Shown: positions 18,990-28,671 of the stretch, piece after piece
Position numbering within the stretch: the stretch's first letter is position 1
How the letters are laid out: each line of letters begins with the position of its first letter
DNA from: an uncultured Desulfatitalea sp.
GTDB lineage: Bacteria > Desulfobacterota > Desulfobacteria > Desulfobacterales > Desulfosarcinaceae
DNA: 64,000 nucleotides
Reading direction: 5' to 3'
Assembly (NCBI GenBank): GCA_963668675.2
Contig: CAXXMB010000001.1
Location: 1,216,001-1,280,000, forward strand
Made by a program: the position numbers and the translations under genes
Notes under the pieces: generated by a model
Database searches by the model: none
What the model was told of the DNA's origin: nothing
The model's input: the letters and a program-made list of their open reading frames with translations, nothing else

Positions 18990-19898
18990 ATGAAAACGAC
19001 GCCAAAAGCCAAACCCAATCAACCCAAAGTCCATCACATGCTTCAGGATCAATGTGTCTGGAGCCAAGCCGGCGTCATCAAACCGGTCAAATGCATGAAT
19101 GCCTTTAACTGCTTGGGCTGTGCATTCGACAAAAAGGTGCAAGCCGACTTTCAAGCCCGCGAAAACCGTGAAGGCCCCAACAGCCTGGCCCATACGCCGC
19201 CTCGACTGCGGCTGCTGGTCAAAGATCTCAAATGCCGCCACATGCTCAGCGGACGGGTGAGCTACAAACTGTGCGCGCACGGATATAACTGCGTGAAGTG
19301 CCCGTACGACCAGATGATCGAAGATGCCGGCCTATTACCGTCGCCGTCACCCACCACCTGCGACAATGTGGCCGGTTTCGATGTGGCCCAGAACTACTAT
19401 TACCTGACCGGGCACACTTGGGCACGTGTGGAATATGGCGGCCGGGTGCGTATCGGCATCGATGATTTCGCCCAGCGCCTACTGGGTCCCCAAGACAAAA
19501 TCGAGCTCCCCAGATTGGGCAAGCGCGTCAGCCAGAATGATCCCCATGCCGTTTTGCGGCGTGGAAACAAGGCGGCCGAAGCCCGCAGTCCGGTCGACGG
19601 CACGGTGGTGGCGGTCAATCCCAAGCTGCAGCATCACGCCGAAATTGCCAATGCCGATCCTTACAACGACGGATGGCTGATGCTGATCCAGCCGGAAAAA
19701 TTGCGCAAGAATTTGAAAAATCTGTTCTTCGGGACGGAAAGCCTGGCCTGGATCGATGATGAGGCCAACCAGTTGAGTCGCATGGTCAGCGAAACCACCG
19801 GATTTGCGATGGCTGCCGCTGGCGGTGAAGTTGTCAAGGATATCTATGGCTCCCTGCCCGGACTGAAGTGGGAGGAGCTGGTCAATCGGTTCCTGTAA
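18990..19898 (+). CDS. GcvH-like protein with two N-terminal Cys4 repeats
   Basis: GHTWARVE..GRVRIGIDDFAQRLLG, SPVDG.VVAVN, NADPYNDGWL; 2x C-x12-C-x5-C-x2-C-x-[FY]D. Confidence 0.85.
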   Translation: MKTTPKAKPNQPKVHHMLQDQCVWSQAGVIKPVKCMNAFNCLGCAFDKKVQADFQARENREGPNSLAHTPPRLRLLVKDLKCRHMLSGRVSYKLCAHGYNCVKCPYDQMIEDAGLLPSPSPTTCDNVAGFDVAQNYYYLTGHTWARVEYGGRVRIGIDDFAQRLLGPQDKIELPRLGKRVSQNDPHAVLRRGNKAAEARSPVDGTVVAVNPKLQHHAEIANADPYNDGWLMLIQPEKLRKNLKNLFFGTESLAWIDDEANQLSRMVSETTGFAMAAAGGEVVKDIYGSLPGLKWEELVNRFL

Positions 19899-20511
19899 TC
19901 GTGGGGGCGGCGTCGGACGGGCCGACCGATCCGGCGCCTTTGGCCCTCATTTGGCGGATGCGGCGGTTGAGTTCGTAGCTGCAGCTTTCGCAGAAGTCCA
20001 AATCAAGCCCGTCCAGTTGATCGATGTTGCGGATGGACCGCATCAGGCAACTGTGTTCCCAGCAATGCCCCAGCCCCAGCACGTGCCCCACCTCGTGCAG
20101 GCTCAATTTGGACAGGCGTTCCAAGGTCATTTCCCTGCCTGCGGTGGTCAGGCGATAAAACGAGACCACCGCCACCCGGCCGCCCAGCTGTGACTCACCA
20201 TATACATAAGTCAGAATCGGGGTACCCATATCGTAGCTGGTCAGACCCAAGCAGATGGGAGCCCGAACCGATGTCAAGGCGGATAGATGATTGATGATCT
20301 TGACCGCATCGTATTGACGTCGGGCACTCATGAAGGCCGCTTCGGGCAGAGGTTGCGATGGCAGAATATCGGTGGTTAATTCCAGTATCGCTTGCAGATT
20401 TCCTGCCACCACATCGGCCGCCAATTGGTTGATGGCACCCAGGGGAACCAGTTCGGTCAGCGGTCGGGGGTCTGCACCCAAGGCATCGGTTGGCGCCGTT
20501 GGCGGCATCAT
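19882..20511 (-). CDS. Archaemetzincin-family zinc metalloprotease
   Basis: R.QYDA, HEVGHVLGLGHC-x4-C-L-M ... FCESC. Confidence 0.88.
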   Translation of the reverse strand: MMPPTAPTDALGADPRPLTELVPLGAINQLAADVVAGNLQAILELTTDILPSQPLPEAAFMSARRQYDAVKIINHLSALTSVRAPICLGLTSYDMGTPILTYVYGESQLGGRVAVVSFYRLTTAGREMTLERLSKLSLHEVGHVLGLGHCWEHSCLMRSIRNIDQLDGLDLDFCESCSYELNRRIRQMRAKGAGSVGPSDAAPTITGTD

Positions 20512-21863
20512 GGTCCCTTAAGCTGATAGCGCTTGATTTTGCGCGTTAAGGTACTGCGATCGATATCCAGTTGTTTGGCAGCATGGCTGATGTTCCAGCC
20601 GCAGGTTTCCAGGGCATTGCGGATATGGCTGATTTCAGCCTCCTGCAGGGTCAAGGTACCCAATCGACATTCATCGGATTGGGTGTTGACGAAGGTCAGC
20701 TCCTCTGCGCCGATCATCTGGCCACGTGCCAGCACAACGGCCCGCTCGATCACATTGCGCAACTCCCGGACATTTCCCGGCCAGTGGTAAGCCATCAGCA
20801 TGCCCAGTGCCCGTTGCGTAAGGCCCAGTATACGCTTGCCGGTCTCCCGGCTGTAACGCTCCAGAAAATAGTCGGCCAGGGGCGCCACATCATCCAGACG
20901 GTCGCGCAGCGGAGGGATGTCGATGCGTATTACATTGATCCGATAAAAAAAATCTTCCCGAAAGCGACCCTCCCTTATCAGCTGGGTGAGGTCCCGGTGA
21001 GTGGCGCTAATGAGCCTGAAATCGGTCTCGATCACTTGATTGCCGCCCATACGCTGAAATTGTTTCTCTTCCAGCACCCTCAGCAGGCTCACCTGCATCT
21101 TGGGCGGGATGTCGCCGATCTCATCGAGAAACAGGGTGCCTCCGTTGGCCATCTCCAGCCGCCCCCGCCGTACTTTAGCAGCACCGGTAAAAGCGCCTTT
21201 TTCATGACCGAACAGTTCGCTTTCCAGCAGGGTTTCGGTATGCGCGCCACAATTGAGGGCCACGAACGGCCCGTAGGGGCGTGCGCCGGCCATGTGAATG
21301 GCACGGGCCACCAGCTCCTTGCCCACACCGGTTTCACCGCGGATCAGGACCGGAGAAGCGGCCGGCGCTACGTCCTCGATCGTGGCAAAAACCTCCTGCA
21401 TGGCGTCGGACTGGGCTACGATGCCGTCACCCCCCAAATCCGTGCGCTCCATGAGCTGTTCGCGCAGAGAGACATTCTCATCACGCAGCGCTTTGGTGGC
21501 CGCGACCCTTTCCATGATCAAACTCAACTGCTCGGGATCGAACGGCTTGCAGATATAGTCGCTGGCACCTCGTTTCATGGCATCCACCGCTGTTTGAATG
21601 GTGCCGTGGGCCGTAATGATGATGATGATGGCATCCGCCTGATGCTCCTTGATGCGGGTGAGCAGTTCGATGCCGTCCATACCCGGCATTTTAACGTCCA
21701 CCAGATAGATGTCGAACAGACGCTGCTCCATGGCGGTCAAGGCATCGGGACCAGACGCCGCCATGACGACCCGATACCCATCTTTGGTCAGCCAGGCTGC
21801 CAGAGACTCACGGATCGCCTCTTCGTCGTCTACCACCAGGGTCCATAATCCCGAAGTCGTCAT
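20508..21863 (-). CDS. Sigma54-dependent response regulator (NtrC/AtoC family)
   Basis: Receiver [41 protein letters not shown], Fis-type HTH. Confidence 0.96.
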   Translation of the reverse strand: MTTSGLWTLVVDDEEAIRESLAAWLTKDGYRVVMAASGPDALTAMEQRLFDIYLVDVKMPGMDGIELLTRIKEHQADAIIIIITAHGTIQTAVDAMKRGASDYICKPFDPEQLSLIMERVAATKALRDENVSLREQLMERTDLGGDGIVAQSDAMQEVFATIEDVAPAASPVLIRGETGVGKELVARAIHMAGARPYGPFVALNCGAHTETLLESELFGHEKGAFTGAAKVRRGRLEMANGGTLFLDEIGDIPPKMQVSLLRVLEEKQFQRMGGNQVIETDFRLISATHRDLTQLIREGRFREDFFYRINVIRIDIPPLRDRLDDVAPLADYFLERYSRETGKRILGLTQRALGMLMAYHWPGNVRELRNVIERAVVLARGQMIGAEELTFVNTQSDECRLGTLTLQEAEISHIRNALETCGWNISHAAKQLDIDRSTLTRKIKRYQLKGP

Positions 21864-23416
21864 GGTGTCGTTTCTCCGTCAGCCGCCGGCGCATCCTGCG
21901 CTCCGGCCGGTAAGGTAATTTTAAAACAGGTGCCCTCGCCCACCGTACTTTCCACCTCCACGGTGCCGTTGTGTTCACGGGTGATGCCGTAGACCATGGA
22001 AAGCCCCAGGCCCACGCCCTTGCCACCGGTTTTGGTCGAGTAAAACGGTTCGAAAATCTGCTGCAGGTCCTCTTGGGCGATGCCGCAGCCGGTATCACGC
22101 ACCGCCAGCCAGATGTGGTCGTGTCCCTCCTCATAACCTCCTTCGATGGTAAGGGTCCCACCGTCAGGCATCGCTTCGATGGCGTTGGAAATCAAGTTCA
22201 TCAGGACTTGCTGGATCTGGGCATAGTCCCCATAGGCGCCAAACGGCGGTTCTGGCAGCAGCACCTCCCGTTTGAGATCGGTTTTGTCCATCTGATGCCC
22301 CAGCAGCATTAAGATGGTCCCCACCAACTCATTGAGATCTACCGGTCCGCTCTCGACCCCTTTCTGGCGGGCAAAAGTCAACAAATTGTTCACGATGGTG
22401 CCGCTGCGCAAGGCTTCCCTGATAGACATTTCCAGGTAGCGCTCAAACGCCTTTAGCCCCTCCGGCGGCAATTGGTCCTCTTTGATGTGGGACAAAATCA
22501 ACTTATTGAAAGTGACGATACTGGTGATAGGGTTGTTTATTTCATGGCAGACCGAGGCCACCAGACGCCCCAGTGTCACCAGCCGGTCTTCCTGGACAAA
22601 ACGATTCAGATCATCCTTGATGGCCCGGGTCCGCGCTTCGATGCGTTCGCTAACATCTTCGGTGATATCGCGGATCACGTCGACCACCTGAATAATTTCC
22701 CCGGCATGGTTGACCAGGGGGTAGGTGGTGACCTGGGAGATGCGCAGGGTGCCATCTGGCATTCGCATCTCATGCACGCCCCGCGCCGGCCGCCCGGTTT
22801 CAATCGCCTTGTCCATAGGGCAAACCCGGTCGATACGCGAACACGGCTGCAGGGCGTTGTAAACCGCCTCGAAGCAATGGCGGCCGATCACGCTGTCGCG
22901 CCCCTTTCCGCCGGTAAGCATCTCGGAATCGTTGCAGTTGAGGATACGGTAGTTACGATCGATCACCATGACCGTATCAGGGGAAGCTTCGAGCAGTGCA
23001 GAGGCAAAGGAGGTTGCCAAGCTGATTTCCGAATCACGGCTGGTCGTCGGGTCTCCCCTTCGAAACTGGTCCAGAAAGAGTTCCGCCGCATGATGGTCCA
23101 ACAGTCCCACACCACTGGGTTTGTCCCGCGCCAGTTGGGCCAGCAGGTCAGCGTCCCCGGTCATTTCCATGATGAAATCCAGAGAGGATTGGGTCAACAA
23201 TTCCTGGGGGGTTTTCAAAATCTGGATGCCCTTTTCAGCCGCCAGTCCCGAACAGGTATCCGAATCGTCGGTAATCACCAGATAGAGCATCTTGACACGC
23301 CAGCGTCTTCGCTCGGCGGTATCGAGGGTTTGTAAAATGCTGAGACAACGATCGCCATCGGCGACAACGCCGCATCGCAGCAACAAATGGTGCCTGAAAT
23401 CGACCGGAAGCGTCAT
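21860..23416 (-). CDS. Cytoplasmic PAS-domain sensor histidine kinase
   Basis: H-box HEINNP, NLISNAIEAM, DTGCGI, FEPFYSTK, GVGLGL; PAS with HC-x10-C-x6-CP; no clear TM. Confidence 0.93.
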   Translation of the reverse strand: MTLPVDFRHHLLLRCGVVADGDRCLSILQTLDTAERRRWRVKMLYLVITDDSDTCSGLAAEKGIQILKTPQELLTQSSLDFIMEMTGDADLLAQLARDKPSGVGLLDHHAAELFLDQFRRGDPTTSRDSEISLATSFASALLEASPDTVMVIDRNYRILNCNDSEMLTGGKGRDSVIGRHCFEAVYNALQPCSRIDRVCPMDKAIETGRPARGVHEMRMPDGTLRISQVTTYPLVNHAGEIIQVVDVIRDITEDVSERIEARTRAIKDDLNRFVQEDRLVTLGRLVASVCHEINNPITSIVTFNKLILSHIKEDQLPPEGLKAFERYLEMSIREALRSGTIVNNLLTFARQKGVESGPVDLNELVGTILMLLGHQMDKTDLKREVLLPEPPFGAYGDYAQIQQVLMNLISNAIEAMPDGGTLTIEGGYEEGHDHIWLAVRDTGCGIAQEDLQQIFEPFYSTKTGGKGVGLGLSMVYGITREHNGTVEVESTVGEGTCFKITLPAGAQDAPAADGETTP

Positions 23417-23763
23417 AACCACCTTCGACTTGGTTGTGGGTGAAACCTCAGGAGATGTTCCGGCTGTGAACCCGATACCAGTTTTGGGTGCCCAGCATTC
23501 GATTGAGATTCCGGGTTTGGCGAAACTTGCAACAGGTTGCGATGCCAAAAGGTTGATGATTGAAGTAGACCTCAACCAGGGTTAGGTTGTCAAGACTTGG
23601 ATAACCACTTGATAGGTGCACGACTCCGGTTTTCACAAATGCCATTATAGCTCTGCGCACTGGTAGGCTTAACCTATCAATGCGCTGGCAATCATCTGGG
23701 GTTGAGGGTGAGAAACGGCGACCTACTATATGCACACTTCAAACAAAAATAAGGAGTGAGCCA

Positions 23764-24972
23764 ATGAGCACCATTGAAACCAATAGCATTGCTGACCTTT
23801 TTTTTCAGTTGAACTGGTCGAGTGAACTGGCGCGCCACACAGACGCCTATGCGGGCCTCTCGGTCAATTTCTGGCGCGATCTCCTTCCCCGCCGGCTAAA
23901 GGAAGAGATTACGCACAAGCGTACGGGCGATCAGTTGAAACTGGCGTTTTCCCCAGGTGAGCTGTTCACCAATGGCCAGGCCCGGACCATCCGCCGGCTT
24001 TCACGGACCCAATTCGATCCGAGCCGCATCGGATCGCTAAAACGGCGGCCACTGCCCGGGAGATTCTATCCCAAGGGATTACTGAGAGATGTAGGGGGTG
24101 TGTTCAGAGCCAACCGGGAGCCGTTTCGGTGTGTGGAGGTACAGAACGGCCACCTGGATGCCGATATGGGCCACCCGCTCTCGGGACGGCAGATATCTCT
24201 GAACGTATCCGTTGGGGCGGTTAGTCCCAAGTCCGAAGAGCGGGGAGGTGGAATGAAGGATTGGATTGAAACCGTATCCCATGGAGTGGGCATGCAGGCG
24301 CGCTGGATGACGCGTCCCACCGATTTTTTTTCAGGAAGTCCCTACACGCGGGCTGACGAGTCGGATGATGGGTTGTTCTATGGGAAACCGCGCATGGTTC
24401 AACATCTGGACGATGCTGCTTTAGATATGGTTCGCCAGCTCTATGCCCGTTTCATTAAAAAGGATATGCGCGTGCTGGACCTGATGAGCAGTTGGGATTC
24501 CCATCTTCCGGATGGAATGGCTTTCAAACAGGTGGCCGGTGTGGGGCTCAATGCATATGAGCTTGAGAAAAACCCCGTTTTATCGGATCGGCTTGTACAA
24601 GACCTCAACCAGGATCCGATCCTCCATTTTCCTGATAACCATTTTGATATTGCAGTATGCGCCGTTTCGATCGAGTATCTTTCAGACCCAGACACCGTAT
24701 TTTCCGAGGTCGTGCGCACTTTGCGGCCTGGCGGTCGTTTCATGGTCGTCTTTTCAAACCGTTGGTTCGAGCCCAAGGTGATTGCTATCTGGAAAGAGCT
24801 GCACGAATTTGAGCGGATGGGGTTGGTTTTAGAGTATTTTATCAGGACGGCCTCGTTCGAAAATATTCAAACCTATTCGATTAGAGGTTTGATGCGCCCA
24901 AGCCATGACAAGTATTTCAGACAACTCCCCTACTCGGATCCCATCTATGCGGTCTGGGGTACCAAGAGATGA
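23764..24972 (+). CDS. Class I SAM-dependent methyltransferase with N-terminal SlyD/FKBP-like domain
   Basis: DESDD..FY.KPR.V.HLD, VLDLMSSWDSHLP, FSNRWF; N-terminal DMGHPLSG. Confidence 0.8.
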   Translation: MSTIETNSIADLFFQLNWSSELARHTDAYAGLSVNFWRDLLPRRLKEEITHKRTGDQLKLAFSPGELFTNGQARTIRRLSRTQFDPSRIGSLKRRPLPGRFYPKGLLRDVGGVFRANREPFRCVEVQNGHLDADMGHPLSGRQISLNVSVGAVSPKSEERGGGMKDWIETVSHGVGMQARWMTRPTDFFSGSPYTRADESDDGLFYGKPRMVQHLDDAALDMVRQLYARFIKKDMRVLDLMSSWDSHLPDGMAFKQVAGVGLNAYELEKNPVLSDRLVQDLNQDPILHFPDNHFDIAVCAVSIEYLSDPDTVFSEVVRTLRPGGRFMVVFSNRWFEPKVIAIWKELHEFERMGLVLEYFIRTASFENIQTYSIRGLMRPSHDKYFRQLPYSDPIYAVWGTKR

Positions 24973-25082
24973 AAACGCTACATGAACGCGCTCGTAATTG
25001 AAAACGCAGGCTGGCGTGCATCGGAAACAGCCAATTCAACTACAACCTATGCACTAAAGCGCATAAAAGGGAGTTCGGACAG

Positions 25083-26621
25083 GTGACAAGCAAAGCGTTG
25101 ATTCTGGTGACAGGTGCCACCGGGTATATTGGTGGCCGGCTGATTGCAAAACTGGTCTCTAGCGGGTACCGAGTTCGTGCCTTTGGACGCTCGCTTGAGA
25201 AGATGGCGTGCCGCCCATGGGCGTCGAGTAAAAATGTGGAGCTGTTCCAGGGAGATGTGCTGGAGGAGCAGGATCTGGCCAAGGCAGCCCAAGGGTGCAA
25301 TGCAGCCTACTACCTGGTCCACTCCATGATCGCCAAGAAAAAAGCATACGCCGCAGCAGACCGCCGGGCGGCCGATCACATGCGAAAAGCGGCGGAAAAT
25401 TCGGGAATTGAACAGATCATCTATCTGGGCGGCCTAGGAGATGTCGGTCGGGACGATATCAGTCATCATTTGCAATCCCGTCATGAAGTCGGCCGAATTC
25501 TGCAGTCAGGCGCCGTACCGACCACTGTGCTGCGCGCGGCCATGATCATCGGCTCAGGAAGCGCTTCGTTCGAAATTCTCAGATACCTGGTCGATCGCCT
25601 ACCGGTGATGATCACGCCGCGCTGGGTGCACACACCGACGCAACCGATTGCCATCAATGATGTATTGAGTTACCTCATCGAATGTCTCGGCAATCGGTCC
25701 ACATTCGGACGCACCTTTGATATCGGCGGCCCGGAGGTCGTGAATTATGCCGACCTGATTCGCATTTATGCCCAAGAGGCTGGCCTTCCCAGGCGTTGGG
25801 TGGTCCCGGTACCCGTTTTAACCCCGCGACTCAGCGCCCACTGGATACACCTGGTCACACCGGTGCCGGACGATATAGCACTTCCGCTGACAGAGGGGCT
25901 CAGCGTTCCGACCACCTGCACCGATACGGCGATTCGGGAAATCATTGATCTGGACCTGACCGACTGCCGCATGGCCATACGAATTGCATTGACTCGGATA
26001 CTTGAAAAACAGGTCGAAACCTGCTGGTCCGACGCTGGCGACATTCAGTCTCCAGCCTGGGCGGCCTGCGGTGATGCGCACTATGCCGGGGGAACCATTC
26101 TCAATTGTGCCTACCGCATTACGATGAAGGTGCCCCCCAAGTCCGTTTGGCAAACCGTCGTCTCCATGGGTGGTGAAAAGGGCTACTACTTCGGCAACGG
26201 GCTCTGGCGTCTGCGGGGGCGACTGGACCGTTGGATCGGCGGCGTGGGACTGCGCCGGGGCAGACGCCACCCCGAACAGCTTCAAACGGGTGATGCCCTT
26301 GACTTCTGGCGCGTGATGACCATCGAACCGAATCATCGACTCACATTGGTTGCCGAAATGAAAATGCCCGGAGAGGCGCTGCTGGATCTTCAAATAGAAT
26401 CGCTTGGGAACAACCGATCAGAGTTGCGCATGATATCACGTTTCCTGCCCAGGGGGCTGATGGGTCTGCTCTACTGGTATCTCCTCTACCCTTTCCATGT
26501 TTGGCTATTCAGAGGGATGCTCACGGCGATGGCCAGAAGGGCGGGAAGCATCAAAACGGCCCTCCCCGTTCGATTTGATCCAAACATCCGAACCAATTGC
26601 ACCTTGAAGAGGGTGAATTGA
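25083..26621 (+). CDS. NAD(P)-binding atypical SDR with DUF2867-like C-terminus (YbjT-like)
   Basis: TGATGYIG, AYYLVHSM, IIGSGSASFE, GDALDFWRV, AEMKMPG. Confidence 0.88.
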   Translation: MTSKALILVTGATGYIGGRLIAKLVSSGYRVRAFGRSLEKMACRPWASSKNVELFQGDVLEEQDLAKAAQGCNAAYYLVHSMIAKKKAYAAADRRAADHMRKAAENSGIEQIIYLGGLGDVGRDDISHHLQSRHEVGRILQSGAVPTTVLRAAMIIGSGSASFEILRYLVDRLPVMITPRWVHTPTQPIAINDVLSYLIECLGNRSTFGRTFDIGGPEVVNYADLIRIYAQEAGLPRRWVVPVPVLTPRLSAHWIHLVTPVPDDIALPLTEGLSVPTTCTDTAIREIIDLDLTDCRMAIRIALTRILEKQVETCWSDAGDIQSPAWAACGDAHYAGGTILNCAYRITMKVPPKSVWQTVVSMGGEKGYYFGNGLWRLRGRLDRWIGGVGLRRGRRHPEQLQTGDALDFWRVMTIEPNHRLTLVAEMKMPGEALLDLQIESLGNNRSELRMISRFLPRGLMGLLYWYLLYPFHVWLFRGMLTAMARRAGSIKTALPVRFDPNIRTNCTLKRVN

Positions 26622-26698
26622 TCGCCTTGACGGATGCGGGTTCGGTCACCATGTTCCCCTTCAATCCTAAGTAACAGTTTACAGAAAGGAGCCCGACG

Positions 26699-27088
26699 AT
26701 GGAACTCAAGCAATACTTTGCGGATCGAAAAGGTTTTGGCGTATTGTCTACAGCAGATGGTGAAGGCAACGTAGATTCGGCAGTCTACAGCAGGCCTCAT
26801 GTGATGGAAGACGGCACCATCGCATTTATCATGAACGATCGCCTGTCGCACCACAACCTGCAGTCCAACCCCAAGGCTGCTTATCTCTTTCGAGAGGGAG
26901 AAGAGGGATACCGGGGAAAACGTTTCTTCATGACCAAGGTCAAAGAGGAGCAGGATACCGAGTTGCTGAACGAACTGAAACGCCGCGTCTACACATCGGA
27001 CAAAGCCAAGGCCGAATCCAGATTTCTCGTTTTTTTTCGAATCGATAAGGAATTGCCGCTGATCGGACCCGGCGAGGAGCCGAGGTAA
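26699..27088 (+). CDS. Pyridoxamine 5'-phosphate oxidase-like protein
   Basis: GVLSTAD.EG.V, SRPH, NLQSNPKAA; AAAGGAG RBS. Confidence 0.8.
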   Translation: MELKQYFADRKGFGVLSTADGEGNVDSAVYSRPHVMEDGTIAFIMNDRLSHHNLQSNPKAAYLFREGEEGYRGKRFFMTKVKEEQDTELLNELKRRVYTSDKAKAESRFLVFFRIDKELPLIGPGEEPR

Positions 27089-27095
27089 CTGTTCA

Positions 27096-27539
27096 TCACC
27101 GCTTGCCCGCCTCCGTCATCCGAACATGGTAGGATCGGTTGACGCCGTCAAGCAGTTGGAAAGCATTCACACGGACACAGATCCACGCCAGGTCAGGCTG
27201 ATCGATCAGGCCAGACAATTGGGGGTGACGGGCGAGCATTTGGCGACGGACCTCTTCGACTTTTTCAGCATGGCCCATCTCAATTGCGCGTCCGGAGATG
27301 GTTAATGCGCAAATATTCGGCCGATCGTCCTTGTTTCGTGTATCAACCATCAAACTGACTTGCGGAGTCTGACAGATGTTGCGATATTTTTGAGTCTCTC
27401 TGGAGGTAACCAGATAGATCTCAGAGCAGTCGGACGAGCACGAATAGGCCATCAGGGATGTGTGGGGGCCTCCATCCCCGGCAGTGGCCAGAACGCACAG
27501 ATCGTTCTGATGAATCAAAGCCTTGATCGTATCTATCAT
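27096..27539 (-). CDS. Pyridoxamine 5'-phosphate oxidase-like protein
   Basis: CVLAT...PHTSLMAY, T.KYRNI...P.VSL.VD.R. Confidence 0.8.
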   Translation of the reverse strand: MIDTIKALIHQNDLCVLATAGDGGPHTSLMAYSCSSDCSEIYLVTSRETQKYRNICQTPQVSLMVDTRNKDDRPNICALTISGRAIEMGHAEKVEEVRRQMLARHPQLSGLIDQPDLAWICVRVNAFQLLDGVNRSYHVRMTEAGKR

Positions 27540-27719
27540 CTTAGGAATTCCTTTACACAGATCTGTATTATCGGCATACCCTATCACAGCGATATTTGAC
27601 TTTAAAGCATTTGGAGGTAAAGATCAGATAAATAAAATGGCCACTACCCCCGTGGCGTGAGAAAATTCACCGACCGACAGGATAAAATAGAGTTCCAGTA
27701 AATAATGAAAGGGAAATAG

Positions 27720-28670
27720 ATGCCCGCCGACATTAAGATTGGCATTAGCAGCTGTCTTCTGGGTAACAAGGTACGTTACGACGGGGGACACAAACTGGAT
27801 CGCTTCCTAAGAGACACGCTCGGGCAATATGTCTCGTTTGTGCCCGTGTGCCCTGAGGTTGAGTGCGGACTGCCGGTCCCCCGACCGAGCATGCGCCTCT
27901 CCGGTTCCCCTGACACTCCGCGATTGATCGTAACCAAAACAGGCGTTGATCTGACCGACCAAATGCTCAGTTGGGCGAGAAAGAGAGTGGTTGAACTCGA
28001 AAAGGAGAACCTCTGCGGCTATATCTTCAAAAAGGGATCCCCCAGCAGCGGTATGGTCCGCGTCAAGGTCTACAACGAAAAGGGAATACCTTACCAAACT
28101 GGCAGCGGCCTATTCGCAAAGGCGTTCATGGACCACTTCCCCCGCATACCGGTCGAAGAGGAGGGGCGTCTTCACGATCCGTTGCTGCGGGAGAATTTCA
28201 TCGAACGCATCTTCGCCCTGAGGCGCTGGCGAAAGCTATTGTCAGAAAAGCATGGTTTGAAAGATCTGATTGAGTTTCACACCCGCGAGAAACTGCTCCT
28301 TCTCTCCCATAGCCCCAACCACTACCGCGCCATGGGAAAGTTGGTTGCAGAAGGCAAGAAGCATCCCGTGAGCGATCTCTACGACGATTACGAAAGCGCC
28401 TTTATGGTGGCCCTCTCCCTCAAGGCCACAGTGGCGAAAAACACCAATGTACTGCAGCATATTATGGGGTATTTCAAAAAGGTTCTGAGCAGTGACGAGA
28501 AGCAGGAGATGCTGGAGATCATCGAGACTTACCGCGCTGGCCATGTACCCCTGATTGTGCCGATGACGTTGTGCAATCACTATGTGCGTAAATACGAGCA
28601 GCCTTATCTGGCACAGCAGACCTACCTGAATCCGCATCCCATTGCGCTGAAGTTGCGCAATCACGTGTAA
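27720..28670 (+). CDS. YbgA-like protein (DUF523 thiouracil-desulfidase-like + DUF1722)
   Basis: GISSCLLG..VRYDGGH, CPEV, SPSSG, EEEGRL, NVLQHIMGYFK. Confidence 0.9.
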   Translation: MPADIKIGISSCLLGNKVRYDGGHKLDRFLRDTLGQYVSFVPVCPEVECGLPVPRPSMRLSGSPDTPRLIVTKTGVDLTDQMLSWARKRVVELEKENLCGYIFKKGSPSSGMVRVKVYNEKGIPYQTGSGLFAKAFMDHFPRIPVEEEGRLHDPLLRENFIERIFALRRWRKLLSEKHGLKDLIEFHTREKLLLLSHSPNHYRAMGKLVAEGKKHPVSDLYDDYESAFMVALSLKATVAKNTNVLQHIMGYFKKVLSSDEKQEMLEIIETYRAGHVPLIVPMTLCNHYVRKYEQPYLAQQTYLNPHPIALKLRNHV

Positions 28671-28671
28671 T

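Noticed and set aside
20571..21848. 425-aa ORF antisense to the sigma54 regulator (likewise 1233-2141, 9810-10676, 14061-14909, 22472-23335, 49989-50948, 62856-63659)
   Set aside because: Shadow ORFs fully opposite well-supported genes, with no recognisable motifs
23585..23620. CarH/LitR-type direct-repeat operator for the UV cluster
   Set aside because: TnnACA-like units are irregularly spaced and no B12-binding regulator is in the window
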